From Catajapyx aquilonaris (taxonomy: Eukaryota), in contig KZ538304.1 in NCBI GenBank assembly GCA_000934665.2, positions 1-64,000 on the forward strand: 64,000 bases of DNA, read 5' to 3'. The translations under genes were made by a program, and so were the position numbers. Under the pieces are notes generated by a model that was given only the letters and a program-made list of their open reading frames with translations, made no database searches and was not told where the DNA came from. This document shows positions 1-13,118 of the stretch, in pieces. Position 1 is the first letter of the stretch. Each line of letters begins with the position of its first letter.

Positions 1-1019
1 GCCCGACTTCAACACGTGTGTGCACGTCCTAAAAATGTGCATGAATTACGCCAGTGAAAACGAGAGCAACGGCTTTTCTTATCCCCTGCAAATGGGCCTG
101 AGACATTCCACGCATTCCAGTGTCGCAAATTCACATAGCCGGATGCTATACTTTCGGGGTGTACGTGAAAAGGCAGGTGAGATGAACACTTTTTGAAGAC
201 ACTGCTATACACTATACCGAAGTTTAACCGACACCTTGCAGCCTCACTGGCAGGACTTGACTCCCCAACTAGTGGCTCCAACCAGGCCTCCAGGGACAGA
301 CAGGCCTCCCACCCCGCCCACTAAACCACCCCCCACTCCCCAAATCCAGGCCTGAAACCAGGGGAACCAGCCCACCAACATGGCCTGCCAACCTCTCAGA
401 AAATATTTTTTTTAAAAAAGAAGAGGCCTGCCCTTGCCCAATGCACGCGGAAGGAACTTGGCAAGGACACGGGTTAACCGGAAGATTAACCAGTGGACGT
501 CGGCTTCAGCAATTTTTTGGGAGTGTGTCCAAAAGTTGCGAGAGACGGCGCGTCGCTTGCACCGACGGCGATCGACCTTCTCGGAATGTGCTGCTGGCAG
601 CAGAATCTTCACTGGAATCACTGCTGGCGCCACCAGCCACCAGCAAAAAGAGCGAATCCGGCTAAAAATACATTTTAATCCTCAATTTGCGTTATAATGA
701 GTCGTCGTCATTTGGATGTACGTCGTCGTCTTTTGATAACGAGCTGGGACAGAGAGACCCGGTTTAGTCATCGCTCCTATACAGTTCCCTTTTGAAACTC
801 GACACTGCTTCTGAAATGAGGCCAATCACGCACTAATTGCCTCCACTGTACCGCAATTGAATCTCCTTAGCAGAAGCGGGGGACCAGGAAAAAAAGACCC
901 AATTTATACCCTCCGGAGGAGCTAACAGACGGAATAAGGCCGCGCGTCTCTTTGTCTCCTAAACTCTACCGATTTCGGTCGGCACAGTTATTTACTCCCA
1001 CCTCCCGGCCAGTTGTACC

Positions 1020-1900
1020 ATTCATCAGTAGCAGTCATGTTCCAAAATAGCCGTTATGTTCAAACACAGCTGTAATCAATAGCCGTAATGCTCAAAATAA
1101 CACTGATGGATAACGGCGACATTCAGAAATAACGGCGATCAATAGCAAGTTATATCCTATAATAGACGTGATCAATAGCAGGTAGGCTCAAAGTGGCAGT
1201 TATATCCAAAAATAAGCGACGAATGGCAGTGGCATTAAGAAATCACGGCGATTAATAGCAGTTCTAGCCCAGAATAGCAGTTACAACTAGCAGCTATTGC
1301 TCAAAGTAGCAGTTGTATCCCAAATAAGTGATGGATGGCAGTGGCTTTCAGAAATATTTGTTGTCAACAGCATCAGTTCTACCCTACAATAGCAATAACC
1401 AATGAGCAACAGCAGCAAGCTATGTTCAAAGTAGCAGTTATATCCAACAATAACAGTAATAGGTAGCAGTTATATTCAACAATAACAGTAATAGGTAGCA
1501 GTTATATCCAAAAAATAACAGTAGTAGGTAGCAGTTATATCCAAAAAATAACAGTAGTAGGTAGCAGTTATATCCAAAAAATAACAGTAGTAGGTAGCAG
1601 TTATATCCAAAAGCAACTGGTGGCTAACAGTGACATTAAGAGATAGCGGCAGTAAGTAGCAGTTACATCCCAGAATAACAGTGATCAATAGCAGCTATGT
1701 TCAGAATAGCAGCTACCAAAAGCAATAGTGATGTATAGCAGGTATTCGGAAATAGCGGTGGACAATAGCAGCTATATTCACAAATTAGTGACGAATATAG
1801 CAGTCATATTCAGGAATAGTTGTGATCAATTTAGCAGTTATATTCGAGCGTAGCTGTAATCTATACCAGTTATATTCAAAATTAAGGGTCATAAGTAGTA
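1020..1900. repeat. Degenerate minisatellite with a near-perfect 33-bp core
   Basis: Unit gtagcagttatatccaaaaaataacagtagtag repeated about 5 times at ~1430-1610, decaying on both sides. Related 'agcagtta' sequence occurs at ~36040-36560. Confidence 0.9.
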
Positions 1901-4900
1901 ATTTACCGTTTCGATTAATTTTTTCACTGGAAAACATTGTGGGCAAGTGGGTAACACAAATTGAGTTTGAAGACTCCACATGAAACCTCCAGTGTTCCAA
2001 CAAGAGAGGATCGTTCTCAAAGAGGGGCTCAAAGCAAGCCACACGAAAGGCCTTCCTCCCAACTCCTAGTTATCCGAATCAATCAGGGGGGTTAAAAAGT
2101 GGGCCAAGTGCCAACAAAACCCTCTTTGCTTCGAAGCAATTCTGACCACACAGGGCAACAATCGGATGTATACGTATGGGTATACCCATGCAACTAAAGG
2201 AACTTCTCTACAGCAAAGGAAGAGAGAACCCAAGGTCACATTTGGAAGCCAGAAATTGTGGCAGGGGTTCCCTCCCCCAACCGAATATTTTCCAACCAGT
2301 CACACACCCAGCCAACAAAGAAAAAGGGTGGGGGAGGGGAGGGAGGGAAAGAAAGAGAGAAAACATTCTTGGAACAAAAAAGTGGAATTTTGTACCGGAG
2401 AAATCGCTTCCTCCTTTTTGGAGACAGGACAAAAAAAAATAGCGCAATTTTCCACATGGCCAGCATACAGGCGACGAAGATCCGTTTTTTTTCATTCCAA
2501 CAAAAAGCCATCGCCGGTCCAGGAAGATGGCGTGCAGCTAAGCGTAAGTTGCACCCTATTCCTATTACCGCTCGCTGATTGAAACCTTTCCTATTTCGTG
2601 GAGAATGAAAGGGCGGGACGGAGAGGAAAAAAAGAAATCCACTTAACCGCTAATAACAAAAATGGCCCAGGTTGAATCCGTCCAATCTCCACGTTTCTGA
2701 CCTGGAAAACTCGCCGCCCTTATCTGTGTCAACAACCAGGCAACACCGTCAGACAGATAAGGCTCAGAGAGGTGACATTGTCACCTCTGCTCATATCACA
2801 CGATGGATAAAATTGAACCCACATCACGCCCAAACGACACGCCAAAATGAATTCCACTCAGAAAAAATTGGATCGAGTCTGTGCCTCTGTTTGTCCGGGC
2901 GCCATCTATGTTGCCCGTACTTGTGGCGCCACCAGCCGATGGCGGCCAAAAGAGAGAATTGAAACTTGCCTTCGTATGACCACTTTCACGTCTTATGATG
3001 AAGTGAACGTTGGTCATGCGAAGGGCACATTTCGATTCGCTCTTTTGCTCGCCAACAGCCTGTGGCGCCACCAGTGCGACACCATTAATTGGAAAAGTGG
3101 CCTACCTTTCCGAAGTGCGAGCAAACCCCAGTCATTCGCGAGCTCCGGCTTACCTGCAACACGAGAAAACTGATTTAGTACCATCCGGTTTGTCACACCG
3201 ATCATAATTCCGCGTAACTTCACAGCCCGCAATTTGCAATGTATATGTTATGGTAATAAGACATCCCTAGGCCATGAGTCATACCGGGGCGAGGTTGTCA
3301 ACATGGGCCAACCCATATGCAAATTCTCCACTCCCACGCACAAAAATTCATCCACGCTCGACACACACGTGCATTTCATTCATAACTCATCAAAAAAACA
3401 CATATTGCATACCGTCGCTTATAATATTTTTCCACACAATGCGGTCCATTGTTTGGGAGGTTAAACTATTGCGAAGATGACCTCACACGTCACGGTTACG
3501 GCGACGTCTAATTACCACCTGGATACACCTGCTTCTTTTTATACCTCATGCACTCAGTACACAGGATGTTCCAAGTGGCCCTCATAAAAATTTAACAAAA
3601 TATTTCTCGCACTAATCCGCAATTATTACTCTCTGACACAAAAGCATTACAAAGTATCATTTCAACGGCTTAATTAATTTAAACTAAATTCGGAGCTCCG
3701 CCTGTAAACGTTGAATCGAGTTAAATGGCATTAGAAAAATGCGATTTATGGCTGTTCTTTAGTGTACTGGGAGCCCTCGACTTAATGGGCGAAAATGAGC
3801 TGGGTCGTTGCTCGACCTGTGTCTGCTCGCTATAATTTAATTTCCAGGATAATTGGCAATGGCTTTCGCACCGCTTCCCACCTGGGGGCTTACCCTCCCG
3901 TGTCACTCACACCGATTGCGAAAATTAGGCAAGTGTAAATAATCACCTGGACACCCCCCAGCAGGCCAAGGCTTATAGTATGACGCCAGCCATGTTTCCT
4001 TCCTTTTCAGGTCGGTCCACATTCTTCCAGCCGGATCGCAATTTAGATTGCACACCAACAAAAACACTTGCCCAAAATCTGTGTGCTATGCTGCAGCATC
4101 TGCAGCACACCAATATTGTTGGGGAGGTTTCCCTCCCTATAGTTTTCTTTCCCCAGCATAGTAGACAGTCTAGATGCTAATAAGCATCCGAGGTGCAGCA
4201 AGAGACTCGCCCAATTTCCAGCAACTGTCTCCACAACAATATTAAAAAATGCATTTTTTGTTTTGTTTATGGAAGCGGGTTCGAGGCGGGCAATTTTGCA
4301 ATTCGGGTCATAAACATAAGATTGCACGCAAATTATTGGTATTACAGTACTTGCAGAGGTATCATTTGAGGCAAGACATCTTGGAAGGCGCCCTTTTATT
4401 GGAAGACGAACCATTTTGCTTTGGGACACTATTGCATAAATTCAAATATGAGCTTTAATACAAATAATGAAAAAAAATCCATACAATAGCTCTACACAAA
4501 CCGAAAAATTGCAAAAAATTGAGTCAACTGAACTATCACTCAAAATGAGTATTTCAGGTTTATGGCACGACACAAAATAATTCATCTGCAGATCAGGTAT
4601 ACGTCGTGAGAAAAATATGTAAACAATATCTCAACCCATAATTTTCATATACGACTCATTCCACCTTGCCCTGCTGACATTTTTGGCCCCCTTAGGAATC
4701 CCTCAGGCTGCAGTGGCATCCGACATCTCTTTTTTGCGCAGTTAATTGCAGGATGTAAACATCGAACTCTCCCGTTAGCAAATGTTTATCTAGAGCAGGA
4801 AATTGAAGAGTGTTAAATAATGGTCCGGCCGCGATGATATACACACGATGTTAAAACATGCCGAGTTGATAACGGGCAAATGTAATTAATATCCCAATTC

Positions 4901-5568
4901 GACCGAATTTTTTTTTAAAAAGGCGGATAAAACATGTGACGTAACTGCCCTGGCTCAATGTTTGCAATTTCCTGTCACCGGCATCACGCAACGCTGCATT
5001 CGACATTTTTTTTTTTTTACATATTCTTAAAACCGGCGGCGTCCTTGAAGCCAGCAGGCATCGCTACCATGATAATCACCAAGCGACGTCCGACAATGAT
5101 GCCAACAATGACGTCACCCTCGTGAATAACACAACACAATATTTTGTTGGCCACCTTTGCAGAAACACGACCCGACAGATAGATATTGGCCACTTCCTTG
5201 TCATCATCACCGCATATTTTTAGCCTGCTCAATATGTAAGGCCACGTGAACCCTGGCCCCGGGGCCAATCACTGGCTGCTCAACCTCAAACTACACGGAA
5301 GGCCATCAGTTGTCTTCACGCCAGCTCGTCATCAGGCCAGGGCCGCTTCTTTTGTCACGTAGCTTGCCACTTTTGCAGGACAATGCGCCGTACTGTTCTT
5401 GTACACTATACGGTATATACATGGCAATCCATCATGTGCATCGTCTCCCCTTGCCCCCAGTAGTAACAATGTGCCAAGACACCCTACTTAATCACCATGT
5501 TAAAATGGGGACAAACCATGTGTGGCATCTTCAGCTCCAGCGCCTAAACACACGCTGAAATCCCATAC

Positions 5569-5660
5569 CCGGACAGCACCCAGACTCCGGCTTCTGTTCC
5601 GAGCAAACTCCGAGTGTCGTCTTCTCCTGGTCCATCCCGAAGGAGGAAACGGTCCATCCA
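5569..5660 (-). CDS. Candidate downstream alternative first exon
   Basis: Donor CGG|gtatgg at 5569. ATG 5635 gives MDQEKTTLGVCSEQKPESGCCP (phase 1); an upstream ATG gives MDGPFPPSGWTRRRRHSEFARNRSRSLGAVR (phase 0). Frame unresolved. Confidence 0.35.
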
Positions 5661-6323
5661 TCCTCCACACAAACTGGGCTCAAACACACTCAAAAAAAAA
5701 GATATCCTCCCCAACTACAATCGGGCACGTGTCTTATCATCCGAGGTTCCAGGCAAACACTGGAGGGGAAAAACGGGTCAAGTTTTTTTTCCACGACTAT
5801 TGTTTGGCACTAAAAATTGGCAGTTTCCTTTCGAACGTTGCCAAAGTGACACCACCTGTTTGATAAGCGTCCAGCAGATGTTAGGTGCAAACTGCTCGAG
5901 GCCAAGAAACAGTCTGCATCTGGTGGCCCCCACCGTCTCTCTCTGCCACGCACCATGAACCAAGGTTCCCTATTCGTCCAAGCCCCCCCTTATACGTCAC
6001 CGGGAGGAATAAACCGAATCAATCTAAAACTGAGCAACAGGCTGATCCTAATCAACAGCAAAAAATTAGTCCAGGCACGCGACTAATAGATGGCGTCACA
6101 CATCTAGACGCGATTGGGACGCGTCGACGCCTCCTCTTATTACAAAAGGGGGGCAATAACACCCCCTATTTCCGCCTACGAATCGTGCACCTTTTGCCAG
6201 CAGGCGGTGGTGTTGGAACCGATCCAGGACTTAGATTGACACTGTAGGAATGCCGGGCACACACTACAGGGTGATCACAAAGTTGGTCACTGTATACACA
6301 TGGTATGACGCGTTTCGAAATAA

Positions 6324-6412
6324 ACAGGCTGTGCTGATATCTATGTATACATAGATATCAGCACAGACAGAATAAGCGGATTAGGTATACCTAATCCGCT
6401 TATTCTGCCTGT
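6324..6412. repeat. Two adjacent perfect palindromes (38 and 40 bp) closed by a short outer stem
   Basis: 6329-6366 ctgtgctgatatctatgta|tacatagatatcagcacag; 6368-6407 cagaataagcggattaggta|tacctaatccgcttattctg; flanked by acagg and cctgt. Confidence 0.95.
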
Positions 6413-6860
6413 CCACAGGCTACCGGTGTGAATTAGGCTGGGTCTGAACAATGGACTTGCGCGAGTATAGGTGCGCACTCGGTTGCGCTTAATTCTCCTA
6501 TGGTTCCTGGCATGAACAATCCATAACTTTCCCCTTGGTGGACTCTGGGCAGTGCTTAGTGTCCGGTGATTACCGCAGGGTGTAAAGAGCCTCGTATCGG
6601 AGATGCTGCGACAGCGGCACTGAATAAATGTACGGTTAATCGCCTCGTTAATTACCCAGGCACTGATTAGAGCAGGGGGTCCGGGAATCGATTACACTGG
6701 GAAAAGGAGAGCTACTCGGATTTCAGAAAAATATTCCAAGCCTTTTGAACCATTATGTACACAGCAGGACCGAAGGTCACGTTCGGAAGTTCCTGTGTAA
6801 GTTACACCGCAAGAAGGAAACACATGCGGTATGGCATACACCGCCATAAATTAATTAGCA

Positions 6861-7050
6861 AAATTTAGGCAATTTTGTGCGTGATGGCCATATTTGCCGA
6901 AATATAAACAAGGGTGGGAAATATATTTGACATTATGAAACGTTTTCTATCAGGGTAAATTTTGGCAATTTTGCGCACGATGGCCATATTTGCCACATGA
7001 ATAACAAGGGTGGGAAATAAGCATGTATTTGACCTTCATACGAACCGTTT
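6861..7050. repeat. Two-copy ~97-bp imperfect direct repeat
   Basis: ggcaattttg...gatggccatatttgcc...aacaagggtgggaaata at ~6861 and ~6957. Confidence 0.8.
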
Positions 7051-7334
7051 TCCCCATCTAAAGCGGTATTGCAAATCGGGCGGGCCTGTTTATAAATATA
7101 TACCGGTTCGGCAGCACACAGTACCGTAATCCTTAATGATTAAAAAAGAGTCGCAATTGAAATTTCCCCAACCGTATCGAACTCAGGGGCGGAAACAGGG
7201 CCCAAGAAAGAACAGGTCTCTCCAACCAGCAATTGCGGTTATGAAAAAAATAATAATATGACTTTCCGGTTTGTATCCTGCCAGACTAGCAACCCTTCAT
7301 ACACTGGTTGCATGCACATCCAGGATATCATTAC

Positions 7335-7559
7335 CTGATCCGTCTGGTGAGCCCTGGTCATACGGAGCCTCGGTGCGTACCGGTACGGCCAGCCGGACAT
7401 CTTGCGACGTCGGTACCTGAAGGGTTGACCCCTGTTGCGTCCTCCATGACCTCACTTCGTCCTGGGTGACGTGCATGGTGTGCCTCTGAGACCTGTCGCG
7501 TCTCCGGGGCCTCACCGGACTCGTCTCCGAGCACTCCGGATCAGACGTGTTCATTGGAG
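7335..7559 (-). CDS. Internal phase 1-1 coding exon of the unidentified large gene
   Basis: Boundaries cacag|CT CCA ATG ... GGA TCA G|gtaatg; 225 nt, GC-rich and open; encodes PMNTSDPECSETSPVRPRRRDRSQRHTMHVTQDEVRSWRTQQGSTLQVP... Confidence 0.75.
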
Positions 7560-8419
7560 CTGTGTTTGTACACATGTGTGTATATACTTGATCGAGCCAC
7601 ATCCCGTGGGGGAAGGCGGACGTGACTCGACCGGCCGGATTTGATTCGATAAAAACTGCTGGAAGACATGTTATGTGACCTGATCCTTTAAATGTCGGGG
7701 GAAAGTCACCTTCGATTTAGGTGTCGATACCTTCACTTTCTAACTGTCCCCCCACCCGCTGGCAAGACCCACTTTGCCTAGATTTATGACACTCAAGTCA
7801 AACAGGCTGAGGTATCTGTACAAAATCATTGGAATGTCCAGCAAGTACTACGAACGACTAAAAGTTTGGAGACGATACCGTGTAATGTCTAAAAATTTTG
7901 ACAAACAAAGTTGTCCAGGTCACATCTTCCAGCAGCTATCTTGCCAATCTGTGAGGTCAGCAGCGGAAAAGTAGCGCAGCGAAAGCTGTTATTACTTAGC
8001 AACCCAGACAAGCATCAAGAATGTCCCAAGCAGCCTAGTTACATCATCATATAGGAAGCATTTATTCCCCACATAAATAGAACCAGAGCCTTGAATCCAA
8101 TCGTCTCCTTCACTTTGGACCCCCCCCCCCTCCTCCTCAAAAGAAAAACAAGAGGCTTCATTTTGTGGCACCCACCATGCAACTCCGCCCACCCAAAATA
8201 TGAAGAGGTCTTCATGAATGTTAAGTAGCCCGCATCTGGAGGGCGGCACACGCCAAAAAGTCTCTGCCCATCCTCATCAACAACAATGGACTAGAAGGTC
8301 ACACCATCAGGGCTGACACACCCATGTCATCATTAAGAAAGAAGCATCCTGCAGCATCCCATCAGCACTCTAGCAAGGCGAATTTCCAGCAATTTTCACC
8401 ATGTTAAGTGAGGGTAGTC

Positions 8420-8458
8420 TAGGTTAGGTTAGGTTAGGTTAGGTTAGGTTAGGTTAGG
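8420..8458 (+). repeat. Interstitial (TTAGG)n telomere-type array
   Basis: Seven perfect TTAGG units at 8424-8458; a shorter tract at ~14226-14250. Confidence 0.9.
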
Positions 8459-8572
8459 TGGGGCTATAGGTGAGGTGATGGTATGTTAGGCTCTCTACAT
8501 GCACAGATTGGACTGATCTTATCACCTTTGAAGCAAAGCTGAGAGGTCAAAGCAGGGTTAGGTCAAACTCAC

Positions 8573-8636
8573 AGTAGTCCCCTTTCTTTTTCCTTCGCAA
8601 GAGCGAATTCCAGAGGTAGTAGTGTCGCTGGGCCAT
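8573..8636 (-). CDS. Candidate alternative first coding exon (MAQRHYYLWNSLLRRKKKGDY)
   Basis: gccATGG Kozak context, 21 codons + 1 nt, gtgagt phase-1 donor; about 1 kb upstream of the shared exon; CRE at 8803-8810. Confidence 0.6.
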
Positions 8637-9900
8637 GGCCCTTTCTCCCCCCAAACCAATCGAGGTAAACACCACAGTCGAGCGCTGCAACCGAGATTGC
8701 CTTCCCCCAGCAAAGACTGGCTTTTCCACTTGATCGGACGGAGGCCTACCCGATGCAAATGCGTGGCTCGAGAGAGTCTGACAGACCGCGAAAGGAAAAC
8801 CGTGACGTCACCTCCCGTCGCCCTCTCCTCACACACACACAACCTACGTCCAATGTATCTTAAAAACTGCCTGCCTGCCAGCCAACGGCCTTGCTTTTAC
8901 TTGGTAACCTCCTCCAGGCTATTGTCATTGCGCCCGACACACACCGACACACTTATGACTGCACGACAACAACACACACCAGCTGACATTACAGCTAGTT
9001 GTACAATGTACATTACCTTGTTACGAACCCCAACACCTCGATATTTCTGGCCCAGTTGACACTCTACAACTTCCTGATCATGTAAACGTCGTATATGTTC
9101 CTGTGACCTACAAGCTGGGGGGAACCTGCGTTTTATGGTGGGGCACAAAACCACTCAACTTCCTGCAAAAACTGCGGATGTATCCGCTTCCTTTCCATAT
9201 ACAACACCGACCATTTTCCCCCCTAACTGAAACGCATTTCAATCAGGAAAAAAAAAAAAGTTCAAACCGAGTGGTGCACTACTGCCACTCTCAGGGTCGC
9301 GAGCCCGGACAAACAGAGGCAGAGACTTATTGTGAGAACAATTGGGAGCGACACACCCTGTAGTTGAATTAACCGGTGGCTCAGAATGTAGGTCAGGAGT
9401 GGCAAATCATGGTCTGGTTCACCTTGCTTCCTACCGAGCAAAACTGGCTTCCCTGATTGGCTGCAGGGCGTCCGAATGCAACGCACGTAAACATTTGGAC
9501 CATAAATACAAGCCTTGTTTTACTAACAAGGATCGTGTGGCAGCACCTTCCCCCCCCCCTTCTTTTTCCTTAAAACCACACGAATGTTTCATCCTGGTTT
9601 TATCTTTCCCGCCCCTCTCGAAATTTGGGGGAGCCCGTAAATCAACAAAAATAACTCCAAATGATTCCACAGCCTCCCGATTCCCGCGGACCCTTAATTA
9701 AATGTCGTGCGGTTTTATAATTAGACTTGTGCTGATACGGCCTCCCTATCGGTACGCCCATTTATTTTCGCGGCCCGGAATCTGCGAGAGGCTCGTCCAA
9801 CTCTCTGATTGGCCCACTGCAATTACCGCGAATTGAAGACGGCCGGGGATATGGTTATATAGTCGCGCTCCCAAAACTGCCAGGAAATATCTGCTAATAA

Positions 9901-9992
9901 CTGAAGCTCAAATTAGCCTCCAAAGAGAGGCCCACCTTCACTGCGATCACGAGAAGGTGAGGGCCTCTCCTGGAGGCTAGTTTGAGCTTCAG
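9901..9992. repeat. Short imperfect hairpin / MITE-like element
   Basis: ctgaagctcaaattagcctcca...gagaggccc pairs with gggcctctc...tggaggctagtttgagcttcag. Confidence 0.75.
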
Positions 9993-12919
9993 GTCTGCTA
10001 CATTTTAAATCATTTTCTTCAGGTCTGCTACCTTACTCATTTCCGCGACTGTACATCGGCTCTTATTTTTGCTGATGGAGGTACATATTTTCACTGAATG
10101 ACCCACAGTTTGGGTCAGCGCATGTTGTGGTTATCCCGCCCGCATTTTTCCCTCTCTCTCTATCCAGAAAGGATGATTCATGGCCCCCGCTTTGTTATGC
10201 TGCCATGCTGGCTAATGCCCATTGTCGGTTAACTATGACATGCCTTTTTTTGTACCGTCCATTGGGCCGTACACACATACACACTACAAAAAAAGCTGTG
10301 TGACGTCATTTCACCGCAAAATTTCTGAACCGCAATATTCTGCTGGCTGTCATGAGTCACTAGTCCTAATAATCAAGCTTTACGATAAGATGCTCGTTTG
10401 TGAGATGCCACTGAGCGGATATGAACCAGAGGAAGTTAAGTGATAGTTGTTTTAAAAAAGAAGCACTGGTTGCAACTGATGTGGGCGAATCAGCCATTTT
10501 TTTGGCTCCCAAGTTGGCTCCATCAGTATATTTTTGCGTACCTTTTGGTGCAGGAGGAGCCTGCTTTACGGGCCATGTGTCCCAAATCCTGGTCATCTCC
10601 TGGGAGCATCCTCCGGACACGACCGGAGACGTCCAACGCAACATGGTCCTCTCAAAGTACGTCGCGAACTGTGAATGTGACGAATCAGGACTGCTCTCCA
10701 GGAAGCATTTTCACGTTCGGCTGCACCAAGCTGAATACTGCCTCACCAAAATTCCCCCGGCCGCAAAAAAAAAAGAGGAGTATTTTTTTTTTTGTCCCCC
10801 TCACCGTCACTCACCACAGCTCAAGTTTGTTTGCGACTCACTTTTATCTGGATGCATTGTCTTCCGGACAAATTCCGACCCCTTTGCGCGCACATGGTCG
10901 ATCTGTTACGAACTGAGCGAACATTCCAGCTAGGTTGCTGCACCGATATGCCCAGATGGACATGTGGAGTACGTGTCATCCACTACGAGCATCCCGGTCG
11001 CTCACTACTGGTGCTCACTACCTGCTGGCAAAAATGAACGAGCAAAGGCGTGACTAACAGTGTTTCGGATTATTCTCCATCCCAAATTTGCTCGAATTAT
11101 TTAAAAACCGGTATCGCTACGTGCGGCACCGACAGATCCAGTGAGAGGAAGAGACAGTCTGGGAGAGTCCCTGTGTGTGTGTGTGTGTGTGTGTGTGTCA
11201 GAGCAGCTCAAGGACACAGCAGGTACACAACATGACTTCCTGCGCTTTCTCCCAGTGACCTTACGGCAGGGTGGTGCACCCCTCCAGAACACCAGGAAGT
11301 CGCGCCAAAAGGTCACGCGACGGGCGATACCATGCCCAGCACGAAACGTATACCAGACTTACCTTCCCAACCTTTAAAAAACTGCAAGACAGGAGTACTG
11401 CATGGTATTCACACCCAGCCGATACCGAGAACTATCTGGTTATACATCGCAATGACGTCATGCCTTCCAGCGAACAATCGTGATAATTGGTACTGCCATC
11501 TGCACTTGTGTCGAGTGTAATATTTACATACAGAGAAAATATGCGCGACAACACACACCTGGCCTATTGTACAGAGTAAGCAGTCACTGGGTTAGTGTTA
11601 CGACGACACACGACCAACCGTGCCTGGCGGGGACAGTACTGGTGCGTTAACCACAAAAGCCATACTGCTACACCAACATAAATAGCCTGGTGAGCGGAGA
11701 TTGTACTAATCGAAATTTGCCCGCCGCTTGACCGCCTTCACTGGAAAATCCTGAAGGGCAACGAACCGTGCCTGGCAGTGCCACAACAACACAAAGGGCA
11801 ATTGCATCCCTGACCTAAGCAGGACAAATTTTGATTCCCTCTTTTTCCACCTTCGGCTCGTGGCGCCACCAGTACGACACCGTTAATGTCCAGCATTGTA
11901 CCATGGGGAAGGGGTTAAACCTGCGTTTAAGGCAGGCTCTTAACGGTCGGTTATCAACACAAAAGATATTTTAATTACATGTTTTCTCTATTGGTGATTC
12001 CTAAGTGATGACGCGTCCGTGACGTTTGTTTTGGTACGTTATGTCGTCGGCGTGTCTAGCGCGTCCCGGTTGCAGGTCGTTGGCCCCCCCTCTTCATTTG
12101 CCCAAAAATGGTGGGTCAGGGATGACGCCCTTGGGCAAAAAAAAAATAAAAAGCAGGGGACACGCCTTTTTGGAACTCAGCAAAACAATAACAAACCCTC
12201 CAGGCCCACACCTGCGTTTGTTCCCTTTCACCTTTGACCCATTCAACACGCCTGAATCACATCACTGGGGAAAAAAAGCAGGGTAGCTAACAGGTCGGAA
12301 GATCTAGCAACGTACAAATTGTCGCAATTAATTTCTGCAATGAGTGGAAGTTGTACCGAACTTTTCCCGGCTTTACTGAGTTATGACGCCAAAGCCTAGA
12401 GAGGAAATGTCCGGTAGACTGCCTGGTGACGCTTGACACATCGGTTTTTCCTTGCCAATTAACTCGAATTCTGCAATTTCCAGGAGTTATAAACCACACT
12501 TTTGGTTGCGCTAACCCTAACTAAAAAGGGTGGTCGCTTATCTCGCGCTTTTCTTAAAGAGGAGACCACCTACGCTGAATTTCCTTTAGGAGCACAAAGA
12601 ACCCTCTTTCATTGCGTTTTGCGGCCTCCTTTTTTGATTGAGGCTTCCAGATATAAAAGTGCGCGTCCTGTGACGTCACAATTCCTTTCGGAAAAAAAGG
12701 AGAAGAGCCCAACCCAACTAGTGCTCAATCACTGAGCCCGACGGCACACAAAAGGGGCCAAATCATTCCTCTTAACGAGACCAACCGACCTATGGAGAGA
12801 GGTCGCCGATAAGAAATCAATCAGATCCAGACGCTCCGATTCTGAAGGGAGAGCAACGCACCCACACCCACGCAACAGACATGCAATTATGCAAATATCG
12901 TGTCACCCACTTACACCCA

Positions 12920-13118
12920 CAGAGAGGTTGCTTAACGTAAACGCGCCCGATTAAATCCTTTAGTCATCCTCGATTAGCAAATTCAACCAACCTGCTAATA
13001 CAAAGACGGCGATTAGCGCTAAACGCCCCCTAATCGCACTTGCTAGCACTTTTAAATTTGCTAATCGAGGATGACTAAAAGATTTAATCGGGCGCGTTTA
13101 CGTTAAGCAACCTCTCTG
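12920..13118. mobile_element. MITE with ~64-bp near-perfect terminal inverted repeats
   Basis: cagagaggttgcttaacgtaaacgcgcccgattaaatc...ctcgattagcaaatt and its reverse complement at the other end; no clear TSD. Confidence 0.85.

Noticed and set aside
1430..1690. CRISPR-like regular repeats and the ORF (LDITATYYCYF)n
   Set aside because: Contiguous 33-bp tandem units with no unique spacers, no cas genes and a eukaryotic context.
7770..8330. Possible decayed LINE fragment (RLRYLYKI...YYERLK)
   Set aside because: Vague resemblance only, multiple stops and no RT motif; needs a tblastx against Repbase.
10421..10933. 170-aa plus-strand ORF, and similar 120-160 aa ORFs at 14307, 31257, 34300, 40766 and 41839
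   Set aside because: No recognisable domain or consistent splice signals; several overlap repeats; consistent with chance ORFs.
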